64,000 nt of DNA. Source: an uncultured Planctomycetota bacterium. Lineage in GTDB: Bacteria > Planctomycetota > Planctomycetia > Isosphaerales > Isosphaeraceae. Shown here one piece after another: positions 1-10,936 of this stretch. The notes beneath the pieces were generated by a model, which saw only the letters and a program-made list of their open reading frames with translations, searched no databases and was not told where the DNA came from. The translations under genes and the position numbers were made by a program. The stretch lies in the NCBI GenBank assembly GCA_963845755.1, contig CAWJTV010000030.1, positions 32,001 to 96,000 of the forward strand. The letters run 5' to 3'. Every line of letters starts with the position of its first letter. The first letter of the stretch is position 1.

Positions 1-575
1 TCCAGTTCCCAACCAGCTTCCAGCAGCCGCGGCACCTCGTCGCGCTTCAGGTTGTCCACGTGACAACGGATCAGGAACCTGTCGAACAGGGCGCGCAGCG
101 CCTCGTCTTCCGGCAGGTGATTCGATGCCGCGAACAAGGACAATAACGGGAGCTGGTGGGTTTCGGCACCCCGCCGGTAGATCCGCTCGTTGAGCACCGT
201 GAGCAGGTTGTTCAGGATGGCGCTATTGGCGTTGAAGAGCTCGTCAAGGAAGACGAACTCTGCTTCCGGAAGCATTCCCGTGGTGACCGTGGCGACCGTT
301 CCCTCACGTAGCCGGGCCAGGTCGATCGGGCCGAAGACCTCATTCGGCTCGGAGAACCGCGTCAGCAGATACTCAAAGTAATTCCCCCGTACCGACCCGG
401 CAAACTGCCGGATCAAGGCGGACTTGGCAGTACCGGGCGGACCATGGAGGAACAAGTGCTCGCCCGCCGTGACCGCCAGAGCGATCAGGTTGACGACTTC
501 GTCGCGGCCGACGAAACGCCGCTTCAGCGGCTGGATAACCTCGGCTCGAAGACGGTCAACTGCGTGGTCCTTCAT
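1..575 (-). CDS. MoxR/RavA-family AAA+ ATPase, 3' end outside the window
   Basis: Manual translation from ATG 575: MKDHAVDRLRAEVIQPLKRRFVGRDEVV...HLFLHGPPGTAKS (Walker A)...YLLTRFSEPNEVFGP...FVFLDELFNANSAILNNLL (Walker B)...ALFDRF. Not in the ORF track because it runs off the edge. Confidence 0.9.
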   Translation of the reverse strand, partial: MKDHAVDRLRAEVIQPLKRRFVGRDEVVNLIALAVTAGEHLFLHGPPGTAKSALIRQFAGSVRGNYFEYLLTRFSEPNEVFGPIDLARLREGTVATVTTGMLPEAEFVFLDELFNANSAILNNLLTVLNERIYRRGAETHQLPLLSLFAASNHLPEDEALRALFDRFLIRCHVDNLKRDEVPRLLEAGWEL

Positions 576-1072
576 GAATGAATCCTTAACTGACACGATG
601 GTCGGAACCCGACCCGGGCGCCATTCAACCTCAATTCTGCTACCGGCCTGCGTCAGTCGGCTTACACCCGAGCTGGAACCGTTCACGATTCCGCGGGTTG
701 GATTGTCGGGAATCCCGTCGGAGTGCTCTCCGGTGAGATCGCGTTTTCCAGGTCTTCAGCATAATCGCAGAGTCCATATCAAATCACTCGGTTACATCTT
801 TGATGGGCGCGTCGCAGATTCGATCGACGGATCCGGCCCGATTCAGGGTTTTCAGCTCGAGGAGAACATGCGCTGGCTGGCGGGGCCCTACACTCAATTA
901 TAAGGCATCGCGGCAAGAACGACAGAACTTCGAAGAACGGAATCGAAGGCCGGTGGATGGCCCTGGAATGTGCCCTGATCCCGCACTTTATCCTCCCGTC
1001 CGAGGATGAGACCTCGCGGTATTCATCGACCCGCATCGGAGGAGTTTGACGCGGCGATCTGGGTTGGGTAGA

Positions 1073-1101
1073 TTGCATAGAGTTTTGTAAGCTTTTACAA
1101 G
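1073..1101 (+). promoter_or_regulatory. Putative sigma70 promoter with an overlapping palindromic operator
   Basis: TTGCAT(1073-1078)-N17-TACAAG(1096-1101); palindrome TTGTAA-gctt-TTACAA at 1085-1100, about 30 bp upstream of the HTH gene. Confidence 0.45.
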
Positions 1102-1131
1102 GTTGCTCCTCGGGCCGCGGCCTTCAGTGAG

Positions 1132-1407
1132 ATGCGCACTCTATCACACTACCTGACGGTTTCCGCAGCCGCGAAGTTCCTCGGCGTCACTGCCACAACG
1201 CTTCGCAACTGGGACCGGGCGGGCAAGTTCAAGCCCGCTCGACATCCCGTAAACGGCTATCGGCTCTATCGCGAAGAAGACCTCAAGTCCATACTCCGGC
1301 AGGTCAGCGGTGCGCAGGAGGACATCTACCCTGCAGATGACCGAGTGCCGAAGGACGCGATGATCCATCTTGAGCCGCTTCGCGCGATCGGCCGCCCGGA
1401 CTCGTGA
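1132..1407 (+). CDS. MerR/excisionase-type HTH DNA-binding protein (HTH only)
   Basis: YLTVSAAAKFLGVTATTLRNWDRAGK...RHPVNGYRLYREEDL matches the MerR-type wHTH pattern. Confidence 0.85.
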   Translation: MRTLSHYLTVSAAAKFLGVTATTLRNWDRAGKFKPARHPVNGYRLYREEDLKSILRQVSGAQEDIYPADDRVPKDAMIHLEPLRAIGRPDS

Positions 1408-1519
1408 TCTCCCGAGGTGGGTGCATGGTCAAGCAGTAGAGACTGTTTGCGGTGCTTCGGTTCCTATGCGGCTCTGCCCGAGACGGTCAATCCGAGGACA
1501 GCCACGATTCGGAGGGGGG

Positions 1520-4500
1520 ATGAACGGACAAGCCCGGCATGACGCTACCAGCAACCGACCCGGGAGCGAGCTCTTCGCCGGGCTCACCGCCGTCGTGATC
1601 TCGTTCGCCGTGAGCGGCCTCATCTCGTATTTGAATACGCGGATGCTCAATCAGGACGCCCATCAGGTTACCAATACCCACGAACTCCTATCGGCCCTCG
1701 ATGGAGTTCTCTCGATCATGAAAGACGCGGAGACGGGGCAACGGGGCTATCTGATCACCGGCGACGACCGCTACCTCGCGCCCCATACCGAAGCAGTAGC
1801 CCGCATCGACGAGCAATTGGGCCGGGTCGAGCGACTGATTCATGACAAGCCTGAGCAACAGTCCCGAATCTCGGCGGTGAAGAACCAGATCGGGATCAAG
1901 TTGAGGGAACTTAACGAGACGATCGCACTGCGCAGGACACAAGGCTTCGAGGTAGCAAGGAAAAAAGTGGAGTCCGACGTCGGCAAGGCGGCGATGGACG
2001 CCGTCCGGGCACAGGTCGGGGTGATGCAGGCTGATGAGCGCGAGCGTCACACTGTACGACTCGCGGAGATGAACAGTGCCTACCGGGTGGCGGTCGGAAG
2101 CGGCGTTCTCACGAGCATTCTCGGCGTACTCCTTTCCGCGGGAGTCGCCTACCTTGTGCACCGAGGTGTCATCACTCGTAGGCGGCAGGAATGGCTCCAG
2201 TCGGGACAGATCGGGATCAATGAGGCATTGGCCGGGGACCAACGGCTGGAGCAGTTGGGGGAGAGCGTCCTCCGATTCCTCGCGAAGTACCTCGACGCCC
2301 ACGCCGGGGCCTTCTTTGTCAGGAACGGCAGGGGATTCCGCCGCATCGCCACCTATGGGGTGGCCGCCATCAATGGTGTGCCCGAAGGCTTTGAACCAGG
2401 GGACGGACTCCTCGGGCAAGCGGCCCAGGATAAGCGGGCGTTCCTCATCCGCGAGGTACCCGAAGGCTACATGTCGATCGGTTCGGCGCTCGGTAAAGGC
2501 AAGCCACGGCATCTCGTCGTTGCGCCCTCCATCGCGGACGGCGTGGTGAACGGCGTCCTCGAAGTCGGTTTCATCCATCCGCTTGAAGAGCTCACCGTCC
2601 AACTTCTCAACCAGGTATCGGAATCGCTCGGCGTCGCCGTCCAGTCGGCGACCTACCGCACGCACCTGCAGGACCTCATCGAGGAGACGCAACGGCAGGC
2701 CGAGGAGCTTCAATCCCAGGGCGAGGAGCTCCGGGTGTCGAACGAAGTGCTCGAGGAGCAGGGTCGGGCTCTCAAGGAGTCGCAGACTCACCTCGAGCAG
2801 CAGCAGACAGAGCTCGAACAGACGAACCTCCAACTCCAGCAACACACCAACCTCCTCGGATTACAGCGGGACGAGCTTGCGCGGGCCAAGGAGGCGCTTC
2901 AGTTGCAGACTCGCGATCTCGCGCAGGCCAGCCGCTATAAGTCCGACTTCCTCGCGAACATGTCGCATGAGCTTCGGACCCCGCTCAACTCGTCCCTGAT
3001 CCTGGCCAAACTCCTTGCCGACAATCCGCACGGAAACCTCTCGGAGGATCAGGTCAAGTATGCCGAGACCATCCGGTCTGCCGGAAACGATCTGTTAGTC
3101 CTCATCAATGATGTCCTCGATCTCTCGAAGATCGAGGCGGGACGCACGGAAATCCGATCGGAGCATGTGCGAGTCGCGGGGATGGTGGAGGAGCTCAGTC
3201 GCGGCTTCGAACCAGTCGCTGCCCAGAAGGGCCTCGCGTTCCGCACACGGATTCCCCCGGATTGTCCGCAGACCATCGAGACCGACCGGCAGCGACTCGA
3301 GCAGATACTGAAGAACTTGCTGTCGAATGCGATCAAGTTTACCGAATCCGGCGAGGTCGTGCTGAAGGTGGGCCACGGCGGCGAAGGTCTCATCTCTTTC
3401 GCCGTCGAGGACACCGGGATCGGCATCGCCGAGCATGAACGCCAGGTCATCTTCGAGGCCTTCCGCCAGGCGGACGGCACGACGAATCGGAAGTACGGCG
3501 GCACAGGACTGGGCCTTTCGATCTCGCGTGAGCTCGTGCGGCTGCTCGGGGGTGACATTCGTCTCGAGAGCCAGCCGGGCCGAGGCAGCACCTTCACCGT
3601 TACCATCCCCGAGGTCTATCAACCTCGCGTCCTGCAACCGATCGCCAAGCCGCCCTCCCTGGATTCTCGGCCGTCGGAAGTGGCTGCTCGCCCAGCTCCC
3701 ACGCTGGCGAAACCCCCGGGAACAGGGACGCAAATTCTAACGCGTCGAGTCGAAGATGATCGCGAGCGTTTGACGGGCGATCGCAACGTCATCCTGGTCG
3801 TCGAGGACGATGAGCCGTTCGCCCGGGTCCTCTACGACCTGGCACACGAGCTCGACTTCCAGTGCCTGATCGCCACGACGGCAGAGGAAGGGCAGACCAT
3901 GGCCGTGCAGTATCTTCCGAGCGCCGTGGTGCTCGACATCGGCCTGCCCGATCACTCGGGGCTATCGGTCCTCGATCGACTGAAACATGACGCTCGAACC
4001 CGCCACATCCCCGTGCATGTCGTCTCCGCGGGCGATTACTCCGAAGCCGCGCTCTGCGCTCGGCGCGGTGGGATACATGCTCAAGCCGGTCAGACGGGAG
4101 GAGCTGGTGCGGGCGCTGAAACAACTCGAGACACGGCTCGCCCAGAGGATGCGCCGTGTCCTGGTGGTTGAAGACGACCCGGTCCAGCGCGACAGTCCCT
4201 GAGAGGGCTTCTTAGCTCCCACGAGGTCGAGACCGTGGGAACCGGCACCGCGGCCGAATGCCTGGCACAGCTCAGGAACTCCACGTTCGACTGCATGGTA
4301 CTCGACCTGTCATTGCCGGATGCATCCGGGTATTCGCTCCTCGAGACGCTCAGCAGCGAGGATAGCTACGCGTTTCCGCCGGTGATCGTCTACACGGGCC
4401 GCGACCTTTCGGCCGAAGAGGAAGCGGCGCCTTCGCCGTTATTCCAAGTCGATCATCATCAAAGGGGCAAAGTCGCCCGAGCGGCTGCTCGACGAAGTGA

Positions 4501-4973
4501 CGCTCTTCCTCCATCAGGTGGTATCGGAATTGCCGCTGGAGCAACAACGGATGCTCGAGAAGGCGAGGAGTCGCGATGCCGTCCTCGAAGGCCGCCACGT
4601 GCTCATCGTCGAGGACGACGTGCGGAACGTCTTCGCCCTCACGAGCATCCTCGAGCCGCGCGGCGTAGTCGTGCAGATCGCGCGCAACGGCAGGGAGGCG
4701 CTCGAGGTCCTCGAGCGAGAGCTGACCCATCCAGATCAGGCGATCGACCTGGTGCTCATGGACGTGATGATGCCGGAGATGGACGGTCTCACCGCCACTC
4801 GTGAAATCCGGAGGCGGCCCGAGTGGAAGAGGCTGCCTGTGATCATGCTGACGGCGAAGGCGATGAAGGACGACCAGGAGCGCTGCCTCGCGGCCGGCGC
4901 GAACGACTACATGGCGAAACCGCTCGACGTGGAGAAACTGCTGTCTCTGGTCCGCGTGTGGATGCCGAGGTGA
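1520..4973 (+). CDS. Hybrid sensor histidine kinase CHASE3-GAF-coiled coil-HisKA-HATPase-REC-REC-REC (apparent frameshifts near 4055, 4200, 4425)
   Basis: CHASE3 motif DAETGQRGYLITGD; H-box FLANMSHELRTPLN; N and G boxes NLLSNAIKF, DTGIG, GGTGLGL; three receiver domains spread over ORF pieces 1370-4171, 3987-4202, 4235-, 4497-4973. GGAGGG precedes ATG 1520. Confidence 0.9.
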
Positions 4974-4985
4974 GAGGGCTATTCC

Positions 4986-5813
4986 GTGCCCGACAAGACC
5001 GACGACATCGAACTGATGCTCCTGCTCGAGGCGATTCTCCGCAAGTACCACTACGACTTCCGGGGGTACTCGATGGCTTCCATCAAGAGACGGCTCATTC
5101 AAGCCAGGGAGTCCTTCGGAGACAGCACCTTCTCGCTGCTCCAGAACCGAGTATTGCACGATCCCGAGGTGCTGCCCAGACTGATCTCCTTCCTCACGGT
5201 TCAGGTCAGCGAGCTTTTTCGCGATCCTGCTTACTTTCGGGTGATTCGTGAGTCGGTCGTGCCGCATCTGAGGACCTACCCGTCGCTCAAGGTCTGGGTG
5301 GCCGGGTGCGGCGCCGGTGAGGAGCTCTATTCGTTGGCCATCCTCTTTCGCGAGGAGGGGCTTGAGGACCGAACACTCTTCTATGGAACGGACATCAATC
5401 CCGACGCGCTGAAGAGGGCCGAGGCTGGGGTGTACGAGGTCGACCGGATCCCGATCTTCACGGAAAACCACCGGGCATCGGGCGGCAAATCCTCCTTATC
5501 GGACTATTATCTGGCGGCGTACGGTGCCGCCGTATTCGACAAGAGCTTGCGAAAGCGGACCGTCTTCTCCGACCACAGCCTGGTCACCGACGCGGTCTTC
5601 GCCGAGATGCACCTCGTCTCCTGTCGGAACGTTCTGATCTACTTCGACCGCGAACTCCAAGATCGCGCGATCGGCCTCTTCAAGGACTCGCTCGCGAGAA
5701 AGGGCTTCCTGGGACTTGGCGCGAAGGAGAATCTCCGCTTCTCGGCACACGCCGATGCGTTCGCCGAGTTCGCACGCGACGAGAGGATCTTCCAGAAGCG
5801 AGGTCTCCCATGA
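4986..5813 (+). CDS. cheR: CheR-family protein-glutamate O-methyltransferase
   Basis: YHYDFRGYSMASIKRR, VSELFRDP, VWVAGCGAGEELYS, GTDIN, SCRNVLIYF. Confidence 0.93.
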   Translation: MPDKTDDIELMLLLEAILRKYHYDFRGYSMASIKRRLIQARESFGDSTFSLLQNRVLHDPEVLPRLISFLTVQVSELFRDPAYFRVIRESVVPHLRTYPSLKVWVAGCGAGEELYSLAILFREEGLEDRTLFYGTDINPDALKRAEAGVYEVDRIPIFTENHRASGGKSSLSDYYLAAYGAAVFDKSLRKRTVFSDHSLVTDAVFAEMHLVSCRNVLIYFDRELQDRAIGLFKDSLARKGFLGLGAKENLRFSAHADAFAEFARDERIFQKRGLP

Positions 5814-6388
5814 ACGTCGCGTCGACCCAGGCGATCGTCCTCGGTGCCTCCGCGGGAGCCGTTGACGCCCTGTCCACGATCCTTCCCGCCCTGCGCGCCG
5901 GATTCCCGCTGCCGATGATCGTGGTCGTCCATCTGCCGCCGGACAAGAATAACGTGATTCCGGAGCTGCTCCGGGTCAGATGTCGGATCAACGTGAGGGA
6001 GGCTGAAGACAAGGAACCGATTCAACCCGGCACGGTGTACTTTGCTCCGCCCGACTACCATCTTCTCGTCGAGACGAACAGACGGCTTTCCCTCTCGAGT
6101 GAAGAGCCGGTCCATTTTTCTCGGCCGTCGATCGACGTCCTGTTCGAGACCGCCGCGGATGCGTATGCGTCCGAACTCATCGGAATCATCCTCACGGGCG
6201 CGAACAGCGACGGCGCACGGGGATTGCGAGCGGTGTATGAAGCGGGAGGGATCGCCCTGGTCCAACGTCCCGAGCTCGCATATTCTCCCGTCATGCCCCA
6301 GGCCGCACTGGACGCCTGTCCCGGTGCACTTGCCCTCGGTCTGGAGGAGATCGCGGCCTACCTCATGGAGGTCGTCAGCGGAAAATGA
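5810..6388 (+). CDS. cheB: CheB methylesterase, stand-alone catalytic domain
   Basis: GASAG, VVHL, APPDYHL, SRPSIDVLF, LTGANSDG motifs; no receiver domain. Confidence 0.92.
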   Translation: MNVASTQAIVLGASAGAVDALSTILPALRAGFPLPMIVVVHLPPDKNNVIPELLRVRCRINVREAEDKEPIQPGTVYFAPPDYHLLVETNRRLSLSSEEPVHFSRPSIDVLFETAADAYASELIGIILTGANSDGARGLRAVYEAGGIALVQRPELAYSPVMPQAALDACPGALALGLEEIAAYLMEVVSGK

Positions 6389-8004
6389 TCACGACGCCGA
6401 TCGAACCGGTTCACTGTTTGCTGGTCGATGACCTCGAGGAGAACCTGATCGCACTCGAGGCGCTGCTCCGGTCGCACGGAGTGGTGCTCTTGAAGGCACG
6501 CTCAGGCCGTGAGGCGCTGGAGCTACTCCTCAAGTACGATGTGGCGCTCGCGCTCGTCGACGTACAAATGCCCGAAATGGATGGGTTCGAGCTCGCCGAG
6601 TTGATGAGGGGGACGGAGCGAACCCGCCGCGTGCCGATCATCTTCCTCACCGCCGGGAGCGCGGACCGGCAGCGGCGATTCCGCGGATACGAGGCTGGGG
6701 CCGTGGATTTCCTCCAGAAGCCCCTCGAGCCGGACATCCTCCGAAATAAGGCCGAGGTGTTCTTCGAACTCTACCGGCAGAGGCAGGAAGTGGCCCGTCA
6801 GCGCGACGACCTCAGGGCCGCGACCGAGGAGAACGCCCGCCTGTTGGAGGAGAGCCGGAAGTATGCCGAGGCGCTCAAGCGAGCCGACTTGCGAAAGGAC
6901 GAGTTCCTGGCGATGCTCGCACACGAGCTTCGAAATCCGCTCTCGGCGATCTCCAATGCCGTTCAACTCTCCAAACAAAGCAGCGCTCCGGAGCATCATG
7001 ACTGGGCAAGACAAGTCACCGAGACGCAGATCAAGAACCTGTCTCGGTTGATCGACGACCTCCTGGATGTCTCCCGTATTACTCGCGGAAAGATCCTTCT
7101 CAAGAAAGAAATCGTGGACGTCGGTCGGATCATCGGGCACGCCATCACTTCGGTCAGCTCGCTCGTCGAGGCCCGAGGCCACGACCTCACGGTCGAGTAT
7201 GGTCACGGGGACACGATGCTCGATGTCGATCCGACCCGCCTCGAGCAGATGGTCGCGAATCTGCTCAATAACGCAGCCAAGTATTCGGACAACGGAGGAC
7301 GCATTCGGCTACGTACCGAGCTCCGCGGCGCAACTCTTATCATCACCGTCGAAGATACCGGCGTCGGCATCGAACCGGAGCGTCTTCCGATGATATTCGA
7401 GCCCTTCGTCCAGGAAGACCGCTCGATCGCTCGATCCGAAGGCGGACTTGGGATTGGGCTGACGCTAGTCAAGAAGCTCGCCGAGTTGCACGGGGGAAGC
7501 GTCATGGCCGAGAGCAAGGGTATCGGCCGCGGAAGCACCTTCACCCTGAGCCTCCACGTGGCGTCGAGGACGCCCGCTGATTCGGTGCGGGGACCCGAGG
7601 CGGAGCCAATACAACCCGATGCCGTCAAGCTGCGGATTCTTGTTGTCGATGACAACGTCGATACGGCGAATGCGATGGGCCGCCTCCTGGAGCTCAAGGG
7701 CCAGGAGGTCACCATCGCTCATAGCGGACCTTCGGCCGTTGAACTGGCGAGGACGCTCCGGCCCGACGTCGTGATCCTCGATATCGGCCTGCCCGTCATG
7801 AACGGCTACGAAGTTGCGGAAACGCTTCGACGTGAGGGCTGTTGCTCCGATTCATATTTCATCGCGATCACCGGCTACGGCCAGGATCAGGACCGTGCGC
7901 GCTCGAAGGCGATGGGCTTCGCCCACCACCTGGTCAAGCCCGTTGATCTCGAGGCCGTCATCTGCATCCTCAGGGGGTTGTCCGTGCCGCGGAAGGACGC
8001 GTGA
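6385..8004 (+). CDS. Hybrid histidine kinase REC-HisKA-HATPase-REC
   Basis: LLVDD...DVQMPEMDG; FLAMLAHELRNPL; NLLNNAAKY; GGLGIGL; C-terminal receiver domain. Confidence 0.93.
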   Translation: MITTPIEPVHCLLVDDLEENLIALEALLRSHGVVLLKARSGREALELLLKYDVALALVDVQMPEMDGFELAELMRGTERTRRVPIIFLTAGSADRQRRFRGYEAGAVDFLQKPLEPDILRNKAEVFFELYRQRQEVARQRDDLRAATEENARLLEESRKYAEALKRADLRKDEFLAMLAHELRNPLSAISNAVQLSKQSSAPEHHDWARQVTETQIKNLSRLIDDLLDVSRITRGKILLKKEIVDVGRIIGHAITSVSSLVEARGHDLTVEYGHGDTMLDVDPTRLEQMVANLLNNAAKYSDNGGRIRLRTELRGATLIITVEDTGVGIEPERLPMIFEPFVQEDRSIARSEGGLGIGLTLVKKLAELHGGSVMAESKGIGRGSTFTLSLHVASRTPADSVRGPEAEPIQPDAVKLRILVVDDNVDTANAMGRLLELKGQEVTIAHSGPSAVELARTLRPDVVILDIGLPVMNGYEVAETLRREGCCSDSYFIAITGYGQDQDRARSKAMGFAHHLVKPVDLEAVICILRGLSVPRKDA

Positions 8005-9403
8005 CGGAGTTGGTGTTAGACGCAAGATCGTCGAATCGGTCTGTGTAGCGATCCTGTGAGATTCGATCCGAAAGTCACGATGTCCCTTCGACCACAAGAG
8101 TTGCCGTCATGGTGCCGACTCCGGGGACGCGCAGAATCGCGACCCCAGGGACGCATCGCAACTGTCGATGAGTCTTCGTCGCGGGTGTCGCATCGCTAAT
8201 CGCGGATGAAGGCAAAGATCAACGCGGTGGTTTGGACGAAGAATTCGCCCGGACCCGGCTGGGCGAAGAGCCCCTGAATGAAGATCTGCCCCTGGGAGAT
8301 CATCGTTACGAACGGGAAGCCACCCGTCTCGATGGGGGCGAGGGTATAGCTGCCTTGGGCCATGAACGTGACCCCGGTCGTCACGTCGAACTGCACCCAG
8401 GTGAACTGGCCGTTCGCTTTGAACGTGACAGTCGCCGGGAACCCATTGCCGAACGCCGGCGTGCTGGTCACGCTCCAGGTGCCGAGCAGTGGGTTGGCCG
8501 GGTTGCCCCCACCTCCGCCTCCACCATCACCGCCGCCACCACGATCTGTCCGTCGCGCTCGATGGCCACACCGACGGCATTGGCTGAGTCGTCGGGGCCA
8601 AAGCTCGAGATCACCTGGCCGCCCGTACCGAATCTCGTGTCCAGGCTGCCATTTGTGTTGAAGCGCGCAGAACGAAGTCATCTTTGAGCGTGTTGGGATC
8701 GGTGGTCGGCCAGCCACAACAATCTTGCCGTTTGGCTGGAACTCCAGGCTCGCGGTGGTGAGCTGCATGTCGGGACCCAAACCCGTGAGGACTTCGCCTC
8801 CGGAAGCGAACGACGCATCCCGGCGGCCGCTCGCGGTGAGGCAGCCCAGGGCGAAGTCCTGGAAGAAATTGTCGTCACTATCGAAGCCCGAGGCCGTTCC
8901 AGCGACCACGATCTGGCCGTTGGTCTGGATCGCCAGGCCCGCAGCGGTCGCCGAGGGATCGCTGCCGAATTCGACGAGGACTTCACCTCCCTTGCCGAAG
9001 CCCTGGTCAAGGGTAGCATCCTTGTTGTAGCGCGCCACCCGATATCCTGGTCGAACGTACTGTTGAAGTTGCCAACGATGCTCCCCACGACCACGATCTT
9101 GCCATCGGACTGGATCGCCACGGCCGCGGCTTCATTTGTCCCGGTGCCGAAATCGGTGAGGACTGAGCCGTTGTTGCCGAAGTTCGTGTCAACAGTGCCA
9201 TCGCTGGTGACCGGGGGTTGGAAGGTGCCGTCGACCTTACCGAGCATCACGTCGACCTGGTCGAGGCTGGTATTGTCGGTCGCGACGTCGACCTTCCCGT
9301 TCCCCTTAGAATCCGCGACGACCATCGCGACGGTGCCTGCCGAAATGGGCGTGGCGAGCGGACCGACGAAGGCGGGGACCACCCGGTCTTCGAGTCCTTC
9401 TAA

Positions 9404-10419
9404 GAGGGGATCTGGGAACTTACAGGGATTAGGCGAACCTTCGGTGTGCATTGACGTAGAAACGGGTCGTTGGCCTCCTTGAACTCCGACATCCTTTTCC
9501 TCTGATGACGCCATGCCACGAGCCCACAAGCCTCAGCGACCTCCGCGGACCCCGACCACGCAATCGCGAACCCCCTACGAGACCGACCTCACCGATGCCC
9601 AATGGGAAATCATCCAGCTCCTGTTGCCCCCGCCGCCGGGCGGCGGACGACCGCGCACGACCGACATGCGAGAGGTCCTCAACGCCATCCTCTACGTGCT
9701 CCGCACCGGCTGTGCCTGGGACCTGCTGCCTCATGACTTTCCCCCGCCCGGGACCGCCTACGACTACTTCAGTCAGTGGCGGCGCACCGGGACGATCGCG
9801 CGGATTCATGACGCGTTGCGGCCGATGGTACGGGAGGCGTCGGAACGCGATCCCGAACCGTCGGCAGCCAGCCTGGACAGCCAGTCGGTCAAGACAACCG
9901 AGGTGGGCGGGATCCAGGGCTTCGATGCGGGGAAGAAGGTGAAGGGCCGGAAGCGGCATATCTTGGTGGACACCCTGGGCCTGCTGATCGCGGTGGTCGT
10001 GACGTCCGCAGGGGTGCAGGACTACCACGGGGCCAAGCCGGTGCTGGAGAAGGTCAAGGGTCGCTGTCCGCGGTTGAAGGTCATCTGGGCCGATGGCATC
10101 TATGAGAAGGGATGGCTGATCGCCTGGGTCGAGAGCGAATGCGGTTGGGAGTTGCAGGTGATCAAGCGGACGGACGATACCAAAGGGTTCAAGCTGCTGC
10201 CGAAGCGGTGGGTGGTGGAGCGGACGTTCGGCTGGCTGGGACGATATCGCCGACTGAGTAAGGACTACGAGGGATTGACCGAGACGAGTGAGGCTATGAT
10301 TCAGATGGCAATGATTCATATTATGCTCCGACGTTTGGAACCGACGCACCAATATTCCCTAGTTTCACAAAATGAGGGGGTCGAGATTTCCCAGGCCGCT
10401 TAATTTTCCAAATCCCCTC
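9404..10419 (+). mobile_element. IS5-family insertion sequence (IS1031-like), complete
   Basis: IRL GAGGGGATCTGGGAACTTA (9404-9422) and IRR reverse complement GAGGGGATTTGGAAAATTA (10401-10419), 16/19 match; TAA target duplication at 9401-3 and 10420-2. Confidence 0.93.
9513..10403 (+). CDS. IS5-family DDE transposase
   Basis: YETDLTDAQW, LRTGCAW, DSQSVK, GRKRHILVDTLG, WADG, RWVVERTFGWL. Confidence 0.95.
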   Translation: MPRAHKPQRPPRTPTTQSRTPYETDLTDAQWEIIQLLLPPPPGGGRPRTTDMREVLNAILYVLRTGCAWDLLPHDFPPPGTAYDYFSQWRRTGTIARIHDALRPMVREASERDPEPSAASLDSQSVKTTEVGGIQGFDAGKKVKGRKRHILVDTLGLLIAVVVTSAGVQDYHGAKPVLEKVKGRCPRLKVIWADGIYEKGWLIAWVESECGWELQVIKRTDDTKGFKLLPKRWVVERTFGWLGRYRRLSKDYEGLTETSEAMIQMAMIHIMLRRLEPTHQYSLVSQNEGVEISQAA

Positions 10420-10936
10420 TAAGACGAGACGCAGCATCGATCGATTTGGACGTCTCAGATTCAGACGACGGCCGTGCCGTGGGGAATCTCGACGAGCTTC
10501 GTCGTCACTACGCAGGAGTCCTCGAGCCAACATTGGTAAACTTTCTTCGAAAATGAACAATCACAACATGATACTTTAAAATTAGATACGTCATCATTCG
10601 GAGGTTTTCGGGCGCATTGCCGCGCTTTTCCGGATGACCGCGTACGTAGCCGAAACCATGGCGGGTTCCACATCCGCATGGGTTGAGCGATCGGGCCCAT
10701 CGCCGAAACGCCCCCGACTGCAGGACCAGGTCATCGGGTCTCGAACTCTTCACCTCGTAGAACGAGGAGTGGGATCGCTCAATTCCGTCCGCCATCCGCT
10801 CGCGGAGGATTTCCCGATCGCAGGGAAGCGGCGATGACCGGGCCAGCTAGTCGGTCGAGTCTCCCCATTATCGAAGGGGGTGGGGGACTCTCTCATCGAC
10901 ACTGCCGCGCGCGCAATCTAAGCGTGAAGCGTCTAG

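Larger units (their letters stand above)
8196..10533 (-). pseudogene. Degenerate planctomycete surface protein (extracellular signal, FG-GAP-like repeat, delta-60 repeats, Gly linker, small C-terminal domain) interrupted by IS5
   Basis: Removing the IS restores ...RRPNRSMLRLVL|EGLEDRVVPA; downstream DTNFGNNGSVLTDFG...AVAIQSDGKIVVVG repeats; further frameshifts near 9035 and 8700. Confidence 0.8.
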
